From an uncultured Candidatus Competibacteraceae bacterium (GTDB taxonomy: Bacteria > Bacteroidota > Bacteroidia > CAIKAF01), in contig CAZJFM010000005.1 in assembly GCA_964545365.1 (NCBI GenBank), positions 12,462-72,089 of the forward strand: a stretch of DNA of 59,628 nucleotides, written 5' to 3'. The notes beneath the pieces were generated by a model, which worked only from the letters and a program-made list of their open reading frames with translations, was not told the origin of the DNA and made no database searches. Positions 37,984-48,060 of this stretch are shown here, one piece after another (position 1 is the first letter of the stretch; each line of letters starts with the position of its first letter). The position numbers were made by a program, and so were the translations under genes.

Positions 37984-38919
37984 ATGAATAGAAAAGAGTT
38001 TTTACGTGCATCGGCCCTATTAGGCATAGGAATGAGTGGCGGTGTAGCACATGCCCAAAGCTTGTTTAGCGCTCAAAAGAGCAAGCGCTTGGTGATTTTG
38101 CACACCAACGACATGCATAGCCATATTGAACCCTTTCCGGAAGACGACCCTAAATATCCGGGACAAGGGGGAATGGCCAGAAGAGCAGCCCTTATTAAGC
38201 AAATACGTGCGGAAGGACACCCGGTGCTGCTGGTCGACGCAGGCGATGTATTTCAAGGAACCCCTTATTTCAACCTATTTAAGGGCGCGTTGGAATTTAA
38301 ATTAATGAGCGAGATGGGCTATGATGCCGCCACATTAGGAAATCATGATTTTGACAACGGAGTGGAAGGCTTGGCAAAAATGTTGCCTCTGGCCAAATTT
38401 CCCTTTGTGAACAGCAACTATGCCTTAGAAAACACGCCTATTCATAAGGATATTAAGCCCCACGTCATCCTAAAAAAAGGCGGACTGAAGGTGGGCATCT
38501 ACGGCTTGGGAGTTGACTTAAACGGACTGGTAAGCAGCGCCTTAACCGGCGAAGTCCGCTATTTGGACCCGGTGGTTGCTGCCAACCGAACGGCCAGTTT
38601 TTTGCGCAACGAGGCCGGCTGCGACTTAGTGCTTTGTCTTTCACATTTGGGCTTTGAATATAAAACAAGGAAAATTAGCGACTTAAGCATCGCTGCTTCA
38701 TTAAACCATACAGATATAATCCTAGGAGGACACACCCACACCTTTTTACACAAGCCCGTTTTAACTAAGGATTTCAAAGGCCAACCTTTAGTAATAGGCC
38801 AAACCGGATGGGCGGGTATACACCTTGGCCGTATTGACTTATTTTTTAGCCCTGAAAACCAATTATTGGATACAAAAACGACTTTATATGAAATTTCAAA
38901 AAAAACAATAGCCGGTTGA
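37984..38919 (+). CDS. 5'-nucleotidase N-terminal metallophosphatase domain, Tat-like signal
   Basis: MNRKEFL signal; HTNDMHS, DAGD-FQGT, GNHDFD, SHLG and GGHTH motifs. Confidence 0.92.
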   Translation: MNRKEFLRASALLGIGMSGGVAHAQSLFSAQKSKRLVILHTNDMHSHIEPFPEDDPKYPGQGGMARRAALIKQIRAEGHPVLLVDAGDVFQGTPYFNLFKGALEFKLMSEMGYDAATLGNHDFDNGVEGLAKMLPLAKFPFVNSNYALENTPIHKDIKPHVILKKGGLKVGIYGLGVDLNGLVSSALTGEVRYLDPVVAANRTASFLRNEAGCDLVLCLSHLGFEYKTRKISDLSIAASLNHTDIILGGHTHTFLHKPVLTKDFKGQPLVIGQTGWAGIHLGRIDLFFSPENQLLDTKTTLYEISKKTIAG

Positions 38920-39056
38920 TTTTTTTTTACATTTTTTTCTCCCAATCTTTGTTCAAGAGCTTGCAAGAGCTTGACCCAATGGGGGATTTAGGAATTTGAG
39001 CGCATTCCTACCCCACATATGTTTTAACAAAATATTAATTCTAACTCGAAGAGTTC

Positions 39057-40490
39057 ATGTCTGAAAATCTCAAAGGGGTATGGGAGCGGTGTCTGCAAAT
39101 TATTCGTGACAATGTGAGTCCGCAAAGCTACCAAACCTGGTTTGAGCCCATCCGTCCTGTTAAGTTAGAAAAACAGGTGCTCACCATTCAAGTTCCCTCT
39201 CAGTTTTTTTTCGAATGGCTAGAAGAACATTACATTACGCTCCTTAAGCACACCGTAAAAAAAGAATTAGGCCCTGAAGGAAGACTGGAGTATTCCATAA
39301 TTATGGAAAACAGCTACCATGCCCAAAAGCCCTACACCATAAAGGTGCCTACCAGTGAGCAAAAAGCAGTACGTAACCCTCAGGTTAGCATGCCTTTGGA
39401 CCTCAGTTCCGACCATCCCATCAAAAACCCTTTTGTAATTCCCGGGCTCAAAAAGGTACATATTGAATCCAACCTAAATCCCAATTACGCATTCGACAAC
39501 TTTATTGAAGGCGATTGCAACAGGTTAGCCAGGTCTGCCGGCTATGCCGTAGCACAAAACCCCGGAGGAACTTCCTTTAACCCCCTGCTGATTTATGGAG
39601 GCACCGGATTAGGTAAAACCCACCTATCCCATGCCATTGGAATAGAAATCAAAAAGAATTTCCCAAACAAAACCGTCCTTTACGTTCCTGCTGAAAAGTT
39701 TACTACCCAGTTTGTAGATTCTATTAAAAACAATACCTCTTCTGACTTTGTAAATTTTTATCAGCTTATTGATGTCCTCATTTTGGACGATGTGCATATT
39801 TTAGGAGGAAAAGAAAAAACACAGGATGTATTTTTCCACATATTTAATCATTTGCACCAAAGTGGAAAACAAATCATCCTAACCTCTGACAAACCACCGG
39901 TTGACTTGCAGGGTATGGAACAACGCCTGCTTTCTCGATTTAAATGGGGGCTATCTGCGGATTTACAAGTGCCCGAGCTGGAAACCCGGATCGCTATTCT
40001 GCAAAAGAAACTGTACAACGACGGCATAGAGTTGCCCGAAGAGGTCGTAGAATATTTGGCATACTCCATCACCACCAATGTTCGGGAACTCGAAGGTGCA
40101 CTTATTTCATTAATCGCTCAATCCTCCTTAAACCGCAAGGAAATTACCTTGGATTTGGCGCGTAAAATGATTGACAAGTTTGTAAAAAACAATGCGCGAG
40201 AAATTTCCATTGAGTATATCCAAAAAATGGTATGCGACTACTTTGACATGCCCATGGATTTAATGAAATCTAAAAGCAGAAAACGAGAAGTGGTGCAAGC
40301 CAGACAAATTGCCATGTACTTTTCCAAAGCTTTTACCAAGTCTTCTTTAGCCACCATTGGTGCGCACTGCGGCGGAAAAGACCATGCCACCGTGTTGCAT
40401 GCCTGCAAAACGGTGAACAACCTAATGGAAACCGACAAGCAGTTCAGGGCCTATGTAGACGACCTGGAAAAGAAAATAAGCCTGTACTAA
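39057..40490 (+). CDS. dnaA: Chromosomal replication initiator
   Basis: NPLLIYGGTGLGKTHL, DDVH, RL-SRF-WGL, NVRELEGAL and KDHATVLHA motifs. Confidence 0.98.
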   Translation: MSENLKGVWERCLQIIRDNVSPQSYQTWFEPIRPVKLEKQVLTIQVPSQFFFEWLEEHYITLLKHTVKKELGPEGRLEYSIIMENSYHAQKPYTIKVPTSEQKAVRNPQVSMPLDLSSDHPIKNPFVIPGLKKVHIESNLNPNYAFDNFIEGDCNRLARSAGYAVAQNPGGTSFNPLLIYGGTGLGKTHLSHAIGIEIKKNFPNKTVLYVPAEKFTTQFVDSIKNNTSSDFVNFYQLIDVLILDDVHILGGKEKTQDVFFHIFNHLHQSGKQIILTSDKPPVDLQGMEQRLLSRFKWGLSADLQVPELETRIAILQKKLYNDGIELPEEVVEYLAYSITTNVRELEGALISLIAQSSLNRKEITLDLARKMIDKFVKNNAREISIEYIQKMVCDYFDMPMDLMKSKSRKREVVQARQIAMYFSKAFTKSSLATIGAHCGGKDHATVLHACKTVNNLMETDKQFRAYVDDLEKKISLY

Positions 40491-40521
40491 GCTTGTGCGT
40501 AAACAACCTTTGTATAATACC

Positions 40522-40550
40522 AAAAGCCCGAAGATATCGGGCTTTTTTTT
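40522..40550 (+). terminator. Intrinsic terminator after dnaA
   Basis: AAAAGCCCGA-AGATA-TCGGGCTTTT followed by a T-run. Confidence 0.85.
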
Positions 40551-40562
40551 GAAAGAGATGTT

Positions 40563-40712
40563 GGGCCCCTGATGGAGGCAACTAACCCGCAAGCACCGGG
40601 GCCTTGGCTTTACGGCCTTTGGGCGTGTGTAGCTTTGCGGAACGCCGCCCGGAGGCACGAAAGCCGGCCTCGGGACTGAGGATTAGTGCGGACAGCAGGA
40701 TTAGGCCCCCAA
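40563..40712 (-). repeat. Palindromic interspersed element, copy 7 (loop type GTTCCGCAAAGCT)
   Basis: 17-nt exact match to the copy 5 loop. On the minus strand the ends are TTGGGGGCC...GGGCCCAA, with imperfect long arms. Confidence 0.8.
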
Positions 40713-40715
40713 GGA

Positions 40716-41552
40716 TTAAGCATTCCTATCTTCTGGCACCATAAGCATGGGCAAGCGGGCCTGCATGGCCAAGTTTCGGGTGGTGCTTCCTTCAAACAGG
40801 CGATCGAGCCAATTTTTGCGTTGGGGCACCATTACCAATAGGTCGGTGGGATTGTCAAGCAAATACAACTCCAGCCCTTCGGAGGCCGAATCGGCAGTAA
40901 TTTCGCGCAGCTTCAGATTGGTTTGCGGGAACTCCGTCTGAAGTGCTTCCAAAAGCGGAGTATTGGCCTGTAAATCCAGCTGCAAATTCGCATTCACATG
41001 CAGCAATTCCACCTCAGCCTTAAAGGGAAGCAACAAACCGAGGGCATGCGCCAAAGGTTTGCGGTCGTCGCGCTCCAACTCAGTGGCAAAAAGCACCTGT
41101 TTGGGGTCAAAAGGCCCGGATTTTTCAGGTATAAACAGCATGGGAATCTTGATTCGGTGCAGCAAGTGGGTTGCATTAGATCCAATAAGTCGTTCCAAAA
41201 CCCCGCTGGCTCCGGTGGTTCCCATTACCAATAGCTGAGCTTGGCTCTCCTTCACCTGATCTTCTAAGGTATCTGCTACAAAGCCGTCCAAAATTTTGCC
41301 TTCTACCTCTATGCCATGTTGTTTTACTAAAGCCAACCGCTTGTCCATGGCCTCCCGAGCTCCTTTAAATAAAACCTGATGCGCATCGGCGGCATAACCC
41401 AATGGCCCAACCGCATCCACCATAGGCACATGGACCACATGCACCAAGAGCAAGGACATGTTGTGTGCCTGAGCAATGGAAATGGCAGCATCTAAGGCTT
41501 TGTCGGCGGTTTGAGAGAAATCTAAGGGAACGAGAATGGGTGCTTGAATCAT
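40716..41552 (-). CDS. Universal stress protein (two USP domains)
   Basis: ILVPLDFS, LLVMGTTGASG----IGSNA and DLLVM motifs. Confidence 0.93.
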   Translation of the reverse strand: MIQAPILVPLDFSQTADKALDAAISIAQAHNMSLLLVHVVHVPMVDAVGPLGYAADAHQVLFKGAREAMDKRLALVKQHGIEVEGKILDGFVADTLEDQVKESQAQLLVMGTTGASGVLERLIGSNATHLLHRIKIPMLFIPEKSGPFDPKQVLFATELERDDRKPLAHALGLLLPFKAEVELLHVNANLQLDLQANTPLLEALQTEFPQTNLKLREITADSASEGLELYLLDNPTDLLVMVPQRKNWLDRLFEGSTTRNLAMQARLPMLMVPEDRNA

Positions 41553-41659
41553 GGCTGAGTGTTTTTTACAAAATTAGCTTGCCATAAGATAAGAAATCAT
41601 GACAATTGTCAGCACATAATTCGCGTGAAAGGTGCAGCTAAGGCTTGTATATTTGTCCT

Positions 41660-42118
41660 ATGAAGGTATTGATGGTATGCTTGGGCAATATTTGCCGCTC
41701 CCCCATGGCAGAGGGACTGCTTAGAGATTTGGCCGCCCAAAAAGAGATTAACTTGGAAATTGATTCGGCTGGAACCGGAGATTGGCACCGGGGAGAAGCT
41801 CCCGACGAAAGAGCGGTGCGGCAAATGGAAATGCGGGGACACGATATTTCTCAGTTGAGGGCAAGACAAATTCAAGGGGAGGACCTAGATCGTTTCGACG
41901 TAATTTTTACCATGGATGCCAGCAACTATCAAAACGTTTTGAAGTTGGCGCAAACCGAGGCGCAAAGGCAAAAGGTGCGCATGTTTTTGAATGAGGCATG
42001 GCCGGATCAAAACCGCCAGGTGCCTGACCCTTGGTTTGGAGGAGAGGAAGGCTTTGAGCAAGTCTATTTTCTATTGGAAAGAGCCTGCGAGGCCTTTTTG
42101 CAAGATTTAGAGCCATGA
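41660..42118 (+). CDS. Low molecular weight protein-tyrosine phosphatase
   Basis: VCLGNICRSP, DSAGT and DPW motifs. TATATTTG 4 nt before ATG 41660. Confidence 0.95.
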   Translation: MKVLMVCLGNICRSPMAEGLLRDLAAQKEINLEIDSAGTGDWHRGEAPDERAVRQMEMRGHDISQLRARQIQGEDLDRFDVIFTMDASNYQNVLKLAQTEAQRQKVRMFLNEAWPDQNRQVPDPWFGGEEGFEQVYFLLERACEAFLQDLEP

Positions 42119-42816
42119 ATCCCGGACGTCTCATACTGGTTCCCAGCCCCCTAGGTCCGGAACCGGGGCTCATGCCTCCCGAACACCTGGCTTTGGTTGC
42201 TTCCATTGAGTTTTGGGTAGTCGAAAACCCGGGGCCATGCCTGCCGGTAGTTGCCAAACTCACCGGCATACGAAACCCCGAACACTGGGTGCTGGAACGT
42301 GGAGGGCTAGATATGCATCTGCTGCAAGACTTTAGAAAGGTGCTGATGAGCGGAAAAGATGTTGGCCTAATCTGCGATGCCGGCCTCCCGGGCGTAGCCG
42401 ACCCCGGGCAAAAATTGGTGGCGGCTGCTCAAAACTGGCAAATTGAAGTGCTTCCTTTGGTAGGCCCGTCCAGCATTATGCTTGGATTAATGGCTAGCGG
42501 GCTCTCCGGACAGCACTTTCGCTTTTTGGGGTATCTTGAAAAACACCCGGAAAAGCGCAAAAAACAGCTTGTAAGCCTTAGTAAGCATCTTATGCAAACC
42601 GGCGAAACACAAATTTTTATCGAGACACCCTACCGAAACCAACACCTCATGAAGGATTTGGTGGCCTATGGAGACCCCAACAGCCTGCTTTGCCTAGCGC
42701 AACAACTCCAACATCCAAACCAATCCATAAAAACCCAAAGTTTAGCGCAATGGAAAAAGCAAATGCCCGTTCTTCAAAAGCAGGAAGTGCTGTTTTTATG
42801 GGGAAAGAAAACATAA
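42115..42816 (+). CDS. Tetrapyrrole methylase family SAM-methyltransferase (RsmI-like)
   Basis: DAGLPGVADPG, PLVGPSSI-L-LMASG-SGQ-F-F-GYL and FIETPYRN motifs. Confidence 0.9.
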   Translation: MNPGRLILVPSPLGPEPGLMPPEHLALVASIEFWVVENPGPCLPVVAKLTGIRNPEHWVLERGGLDMHLLQDFRKVLMSGKDVGLICDAGLPGVADPGQKLVAAAQNWQIEVLPLVGPSSIMLGLMASGLSGQHFRFLGYLEKHPEKRKKQLVSLSKHLMQTGETQIFIETPYRNQHLMKDLVAYGDPNSLLCLAQQLQHPNQSIKTQSLAQWKKQMPVLQKQEVLFLWGKKT

Positions 42817-42880
42817 ATGCAAACCTTAAGCCTTCCCTTTAGCTCTTGGCAATAGACCTCAATTCCATTATATTTGAACC

Positions 42881-43378
42881 ATGACCTACAAGTCCATGAA
42901 GTCACTGATTTTTCGCTTTCTTATTGTCTTTTTAGCACTAACTCCTCTTCAATGGCTGAATGCTCAAGAGGATTCGGCCAAAACCAACGCCTATGGTGAA
43001 CCAAGCACCTACCGCGAAAGTTGTTACCGCAAATGGTATAAGGCATTTAAAATTCGTGGGTCCAAAGAAATTGAAAATGGAGTGCACGAAGACGTTATCG
43101 TAAGCCTTTCCAGGGGAATGGATGGCGATTGCTTCTATGGCAAAGTAGAAATTCGTGGCGGAAGCGTTCGGGAAATTTTCATTAAAACCACCGAAGGAGA
43201 TTACGAACAAGTGCATTTTGAGGAAGAAGAGGACATACTCATTGACAACGGCATTTCTGATCCTGTAATAAGCAACCTGCGCAGCCAAAGGCAAGTAGTG
43301 CACGTGATTTTCCCTAGTGCTTTGCGCCCCAAAGCAGCTGCGTACGAACAAGCTCCTGAACCCGATATCGATTTTTAA
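42881..43378 (+). CDS. Secreted hypothetical protein
   Basis: Signal peptide; TATATTTG 4 nt before the ATG; no recognised motif. Confidence 0.75.
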   Translation: MTYKSMKSLIFRFLIVFLALTPLQWLNAQEDSAKTNAYGEPSTYRESCYRKWYKAFKIRGSKEIENGVHEDVIVSLSRGMDGDCFYGKVEIRGGSVREIFIKTTEGDYEQVHFEEEEDILIDNGISDPVISNLRSQRQVVHVIFPSALRPKAAAYEQAPEPDIDF

Positions 43379-43549
43379 ACGGCATAGGAAGCCTGTATTT
43401 GATAATCCTTGGTACTTTTTGGGAGTTTAGCCTCCGTACTCCAAAGCATTCAAAGTTTTAGATTTTTGAAACGTATGACAGAACCTAGAGCTTTTGCCTA
43501 TGTTGTCATTTCCTTTGGATTCCATAATTACGAGGATTGGGATGGACCA

Positions 43550-43584
43550 AAAAGGAAAGGAGGCAGTGCCTAAACACTGCCTCC
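43550..43584 (-). terminator. Intrinsic terminator (minus strand)
   Basis: Perfect 10-bp stem GGAGGCAGTG 43559-43568 / CACTGCCTCC 43575-43584, followed by TTTCCTTTTT on the minus strand. Confidence 0.8.
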
Positions 43585-43740
43585 AAAACCAACCTACTAT
43601 GAAAAACTGCTAGAAATCTATCTGACTAATAAACACGCTTACAGACCAGCGGTTTTGAGCTTAACAATCCTTAACAATACATGGACAGCCACATTCCGGG
43701 CCAAATCAAAAAGACCAGTCTAGCGGTTTAAGGCGAGGCC

Positions 43741-46362
43741 TTAGTTTGGGTTCAATGTCCGTTCAGCCTCCGGGTTTCGAAATACCATATGACCTTCAAA
43801 AACATCCACCAACACTTCTTGGTTTCGGTCGATTTCGCCGGAGAGTATTTTCTTGGCCAGTTCATTCAGCACCTTCCGCTGAATAACCCGCTTCAAGGGT
43901 CTTGCTCCGTATTGAGGGTCATAGCCCAAATTACTCAACCAATCCGAAGCTTCCTCGGTCATGCGCAAGCGAATGCCATTGTCGCGTTCCAAGTTCTGAG
44001 ACAACTGCCCAATTTGAATGTTTACTATGTCCCTTAAATTCTCGCGGCTCAAAGGCAAGAACATTACGGTTTCGTCAATCCGGTTTAAAAACTCCGGTCG
44101 AAGGCTTTTGCGAAGCAATTCGAACAAGGCGGCCTGGGTTGAAGCTATGGTAGCATCCCTGTCCTTAAGTTCTAAATTCTCCAGTTTTTCCTGAATAAGC
44201 TCAGCACCCAGGTTGGAGGTTAGAATTACAATCGTATTTCTAAAGTTAGCCGTCCGTCCCTTATTGTCGGTTAGCCGTCCCTCGTCCAACATCTGCAGAA
44301 GTATATTGAAAACATCCGGGTGGGCCTTCTCCATTTCGTCGAACAAAATCACCGAATAGGGTTTGTGACGCACAGCTTCGGTAAGCTGTCCACCTTCTTC
44401 GTAGCCAATATATCCGGGAGGAGCCCCCACCAAGCGCGACACGGTATGCTTTTCTTGGTATTCGCTCATATCGATTCGGGTAATGGCCGATTCGTTGTCG
44501 AATAAATACTCGGCTAAGGCGCGGGCCAGCTCGGTTTTCCCCACTCCGGTGGTTCCCAGGAAAATGAAGGAGCCGATGGGGCGGCGCGGGTCTTGAACGC
44601 CTGCCCTATTTCGCCGAACGGCATTGGCGACAGCCTCTATGGCCTCTGTTTGCCCTACGACCCTTTTGGAAAGTTCTTCTTCGAGGTGAAGCAGTTTTTC
44701 GCGCTCGCTTTGCAACATACGGTTCACAGGAATCCCGGTCCAACGGCTAATAACCTCAGCAATATCTTCGGCATCAACCTCTTCTTTAATTAAGGCATTA
44801 CCGGATTGAAAACGGGTGAGGTTTTCCTGAGCCTGCTCCAGGGCCTTTTGTGTTTCTGTCATGCGCCCGTAACGTATTTCGGCCACCTTACCAAAATCGC
44901 CGGAGCGTTCGGCCTGTTCGGCTTCCAACTTAAGTTCTTCGAGCCGAGATTTTGCCTTTTGGATGTGTTCCACCACCTCTTTTTCTTCTTTCCACCGGGC
45001 CATAAGACCATCGCGCTGTTCGGAAAGGATGGCCAGCTCTTTGCCCAAGGTTTTTAGCTTTTCTTCGTCTTTTTCGCGCTTAATGGCCTCTCGCTCAATT
45101 TCCAGCTGCATAATGCGGCGTTCAATCATTTCCAATTCTTCGGGCTTGGAATTGATTTCCAACCTAAGCTTGGCTGCCGCCTCGTCTATTAGGTCAATGG
45201 CCTTATCCGGCAGGAATCGATCGTTGATGTAGCGTTGACTCAACTCCACGGCAGAAATAATGGCGTCGTCTTTAATACGCACTTTATGGTGGGTTTCGTA
45301 CTTTTCTTTAATGCCCCGCAAAATGGAAATGGCATCTTCGGTATCCGGTTCGTCTACCAACACCTTTTGGAAACGCCTTTCGAGGGCCTTATCGCTTTCA
45401 AAATACTTTTGGTATTCGTTCAGGGTGGTCGCCCCCACAGCTCTGAGCTCCCCGCGGGCCAAAGCAGGTTTCAAAATATTGGCCGCATCCATAGCCCCTT
45501 GACCGCCACCTGCACCTACCAAGGTGTGGATTTCGTCTATAAAGAGCACAATCTCCCCGGCAGCATTTTGTACCTCCTTAACCACGGCTTTGAGCCGCTC
45601 TTCAAATTCCCCTTTGTATTTGGCACCGGCAATTAAAGCGCCCATATCCAAGGAGAAAATGGTTTTGGATTTTAAATTTTCGGGCACGTCACCGTTCACA
45701 ATTCGGTGCGCTAAGCCTTCGGCAATAGCCGTTTTACCCACCCCGGGTTCTCCAATCAGAATAGGGTTGTTTTTGGTGCGGCGCGACAAAATATGCAGTA
45801 CCCTGCGAATTTCTTCTTCGCGACCAATAACGGGATCTAATTTTCCAACAGAGGCCAACTCGTTTAAATTCCGGGCATATTTTCCGAGGGCGTCGTAGCT
45901 TGCCTCGGCCCCGGCATCGGTGGCCTTTTTTCCTTTGCGTATATCGTTCATGGCTTGTTGAATAAATGCGGCGCTTAAACCGCAAGATGTTAATACTTCG
46001 GCAGCTCCTGTACCACTTTTGGCAATAGCCAAAAGCATATGCTCTAAAGTAACAAAGCTGTCTCCATTGCTTTTTGCCTCTTTTTCGGCTTCTTTAAACA
46101 CCGTTTCAGTATATCGACTCAAATAGGGGTCTCCTCCCTCCACCTTGGGCAATTTGCTTAAAGCTTCGTTTAGCTTTGCCACCAAGTCGGCCGAAGAATG
46201 GCCGGCACGATTTAGCATAGCAGGCAAAATATCTTTGTCCGACAGCTGAATTCCTAAAAGTATATGGTGGGGCTCCACCGCTTGATGCCCCAAAGACTTG
46301 GCCTGTTCAAAACCTTCTTGCAGGGCCTCTCTGGATTTTATGGTAAACTGTTCAAAATTCAT
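43741..46362 (-). CDS. clpB: Chaperone ClpB
   Basis: Two AAA+ modules (GEPGVGKT and GTTGVGKT), coiled-coil M domain, KYRG-like pore loop [10 protein letters not shown] and GARPLKR. Confidence 0.98.
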   Translation of the reverse strand: MNFEQFTIKSREALQEGFEQAKSLGHQAVEPHHILLGIQLSDKDILPAMLNRAGHSSADLVAKLNEALSKLPKVEGGDPYLSRYTETVFKEAEKEAKSNGDSFVTLEHMLLAIAKSGTGAAEVLTSCGLSAAFIQQAMNDIRKGKKATDAGAEASYDALGKYARNLNELASVGKLDPVIGREEEIRRVLHILSRRTKNNPILIGEPGVGKTAIAEGLAHRIVNGDVPENLKSKTIFSLDMGALIAGAKYKGEFEERLKAVVKEVQNAAGEIVLFIDEIHTLVGAGGGQGAMDAANILKPALARGELRAVGATTLNEYQKYFESDKALERRFQKVLVDEPDTEDAISILRGIKEKYETHHKVRIKDDAIISAVELSQRYINDRFLPDKAIDLIDEAAAKLRLEINSKPEELEMIERRIMQLEIEREAIKREKDEEKLKTLGKELAILSEQRDGLMARWKEEKEVVEHIQKAKSRLEELKLEAEQAERSGDFGKVAEIRYGRMTETQKALEQAQENLTRFQSGNALIKEEVDAEDIAEVISRWTGIPVNRMLQSEREKLLHLEEELSKRVVGQTEAIEAVANAVRRNRAGVQDPRRPIGSFIFLGTTGVGKTELARALAEYLFDNESAITRIDMSEYQEKHTVSRLVGAPPGYIGYEEGGQLTEAVRHKPYSVILFDEMEKAHPDVFNILLQMLDEGRLTDNKGRTANFRNTIVILTSNLGAELIQEKLENLELKDRDATIASTQAALFELLRKSLRPEFLNRIDETVMFLPLSRENLRDIVNIQIGQLSQNLERDNGIRLRMTEEASDWLSNLGYDPQYGARPLKRVIQRKVLNELAKKILSGEIDRNQEVLVDVFEGHMVFRNPEAERTLNPN

Positions 46363-46440
46363 GGATGCGTTTTGCCCTTTTACTGCAAAAAACTTTCCAA
46401 GCTCAAAAATCGGCCATTTTGGCTTGCTTCATGCACCAGA

Positions 46441-46480
46441 ACTGTCATTTTGTCATTCCGGCTCGATTGCAACTGCCATT
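46441..46480 (-). promoter_or_regulatory. ATGACA direct repeats upstream of clpB, candidate heat-shock operator
   Basis: Minus strand reads AATGGCAGTT...AATGACAAAATGACAGT, 80-120 nt upstream of the ATG. Confidence 0.45.
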
Positions 46481-46638
46481 TTTTCAGGGGCCTTTTCCGG
46501 CCTTTGGCTTTACGTCCCTCCGGCAAGGCATGGGTGGCGCGGTTTCCGGGGTTTCCTCCTAAGGTCGGAACCTCCTCAACCTGCGCCTCCCAAAGCCTTG
46601 CCGTTCGGCACGGTACCGCCGCAGTCCGGGGCCCGCGC
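46480..46638 (+). repeat. Palindromic interspersed element, copy 8 (divergent)
   Basis: Stem CGGCAAGGC 46521-46529 / GCCTTGCCG 46595-46603 and inner TGGGTGGCGC/GCGCCTCCCA; loop TCCGGGGTTT...CCTCCTC resembles copies 2 and 6. Confidence 0.7.
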
Positions 46639-46710
46639 AATTCAATCTTCACAAAAAAAACATGCGCCTTACGCGAACTCATTCCACGCGTCTTTCCGTA
46701 TTTTGAGGCC

Positions 46711-48060
46711 ATGAACATTCACTTCATAGCTATTGGAGGAGCAGCCATGCACAATTTGGCCTTAGCGCTCCACCACCAAGGCCACCACATTAGCGGATCC
46801 GACGATCAGATATTTGAGCCTTCACGTTCTCGATTGAAGGCCGCAGGATTACTTCCCATCCGTGAAGGTTGGGATCCTCAAAACATCCATTCCCAATTGG
46901 ATGCCGTTATTCTAGGCATGCATGCCAAGGCCGACAACCCCGAGTTGCTCAGGGCACAAGAACTGCAGCTACCCATTTATTCGTATCCGGCCTTTGTACG
47001 ACAGCAAACCCAACATAAAACACGCCTTGTTGTTGGTGGGAGTCATGGAAAAACCACCACCACCTCCCTTCTCATGCATGGACTCAAAGGCCTAAATCAA
47101 CCCTTCGACTATCTGGTGGGTGCACAAATAGAAGGCTTTGAGCGCATGGTGGACCTAAAGCCGGAACACCCTCTTGCCCTTTTGGAGGGCGACGAGTATT
47201 TAGCCTCTGCCTTGGAACCCGTCCCTAAATTTCATCTCTACGAAGCCCATTTGGCCATGTTGACGGGTTTGGCTTGGGACCACGTTAATGTATTTCCAAC
47301 CGAAGACAACTACAAGCAACAATTCCACCACTTTATAGACACCCTTACACCGGATGCAAGCCTTATTTATGCCGAAGAAGATGTGGCATTAAAAGCTTTG
47401 GTAGAGGCCCACCCTCGGGCTGACGTTAAAAAAATCCCCTACCAAACCCTGCCTTGGAAGCCAACCGAAACAGGGCTTAGCCTACAATTCGAAGGAAAAG
47501 AATATAAGCTGCCGATCCGAGGCGCACATAACGTTCAAAACCTCAGTGGAGCACTAAAGATTATTCAAGCTTTGCAACTGGACCCTCATGCTTTTTTAAG
47601 TCAGCTGCATAATTTTAGCGGAGCCGCCAGAAGAATGGAGTGTCTATTGGACCTTCCTGAAAAAAACTTCACCGTTTTCCGTGATTTTGCCCATAGTCCA
47701 TCTAAGGTTAAAGCTACCGTAGAAGCCATTAAGTCTAGCTACCCCAACAGGAGGTTTGTAGCCGCCTTAGAGTTGCATACCTATTCAAGCCTAAACCCCG
47801 ACTTTATTCCCGGCTATAAAGACAGTTTGGCACCCGCCGATCAAAGTATGGTCTTTTACGATCCCAAAGCTTTAGCTATTAAGGGCCTCCCTCCTTTATC
47901 TCCTGAGGCTATAGCCAAGGCATTTGCCTTAAACAATGGTCAAGTAGCCTCCGAAACCATGGAATTAGAAACTTGGAAAAACAAGCTAAGTACCCAAGAT
48001 TGTGTTTGGCTGCTTATGAGTAGCGGAAATTGGGGAGGGCTAAGCTGGCTGGATTTATAG
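46711..48060 (+). CDS. mpl: Murein peptide ligase (Mpl/MurC-like)
   Basis: MNIHFIAIGGAAMHNLA, GSHGKTTTT, EGDEY, DHVNVF and DFAHSP motifs. The upstream ORF extension from 46264 is spurious. Confidence 0.9.
   Translation: MNIHFIAIGGAAMHNLALALHHQGHHISGSDDQIFEPSRSRLKAAGLLPIREGWDPQNIHSQLDAVILGMHAKADNPELLRAQELQLPIYSYPAFVRQQTQHKTRLVVGGSHGKTTTTSLLMHGLKGLNQPFDYLVGAQIEGFERMVDLKPEHPLALLEGDEYLASALEPVPKFHLYEAHLAMLTGLAWDHVNVFPTEDNYKQQFHHFIDTLTPDASLIYAEEDVALKALVEAHPRADVKKIPYQTLPWKPTETGLSLQFEGKEYKLPIRGAHNVQNLSGALKIIQALQLDPHAFLSQLHNFSGAARRMECLLDLPEKNFTVFRDFAHSPSKVKATVEAIKSSYPNRRFVAALELHTYSSLNPDFIPGYKDSLAPADQSMVFYDPKALAIKGLPPLSPEAIAKAFALNNGQVASETMELETWKNKLSTQDCVWLLMSSGNWGGLSWLDL

Noticed and set aside
38920-40715. 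oriC next to dnaA
   Set aside because: No TTATCCACA-like box cluster was seen on either side, and dnaN is not adjacent.
43789-45985. Long plus-strand ORFs antisense to clpB, and similar ORFs antisense to rho, pckA, fabF and others
   Set aside because: Shadow ORFs on the opposite strand of well-conserved genes; no motifs.
46264-46710. 150-aa N-terminal extension of mpl
   Set aside because: It overlaps the clpB start and runs through element copy 8; the canonical start MNIHFIAIGG is at 46711.
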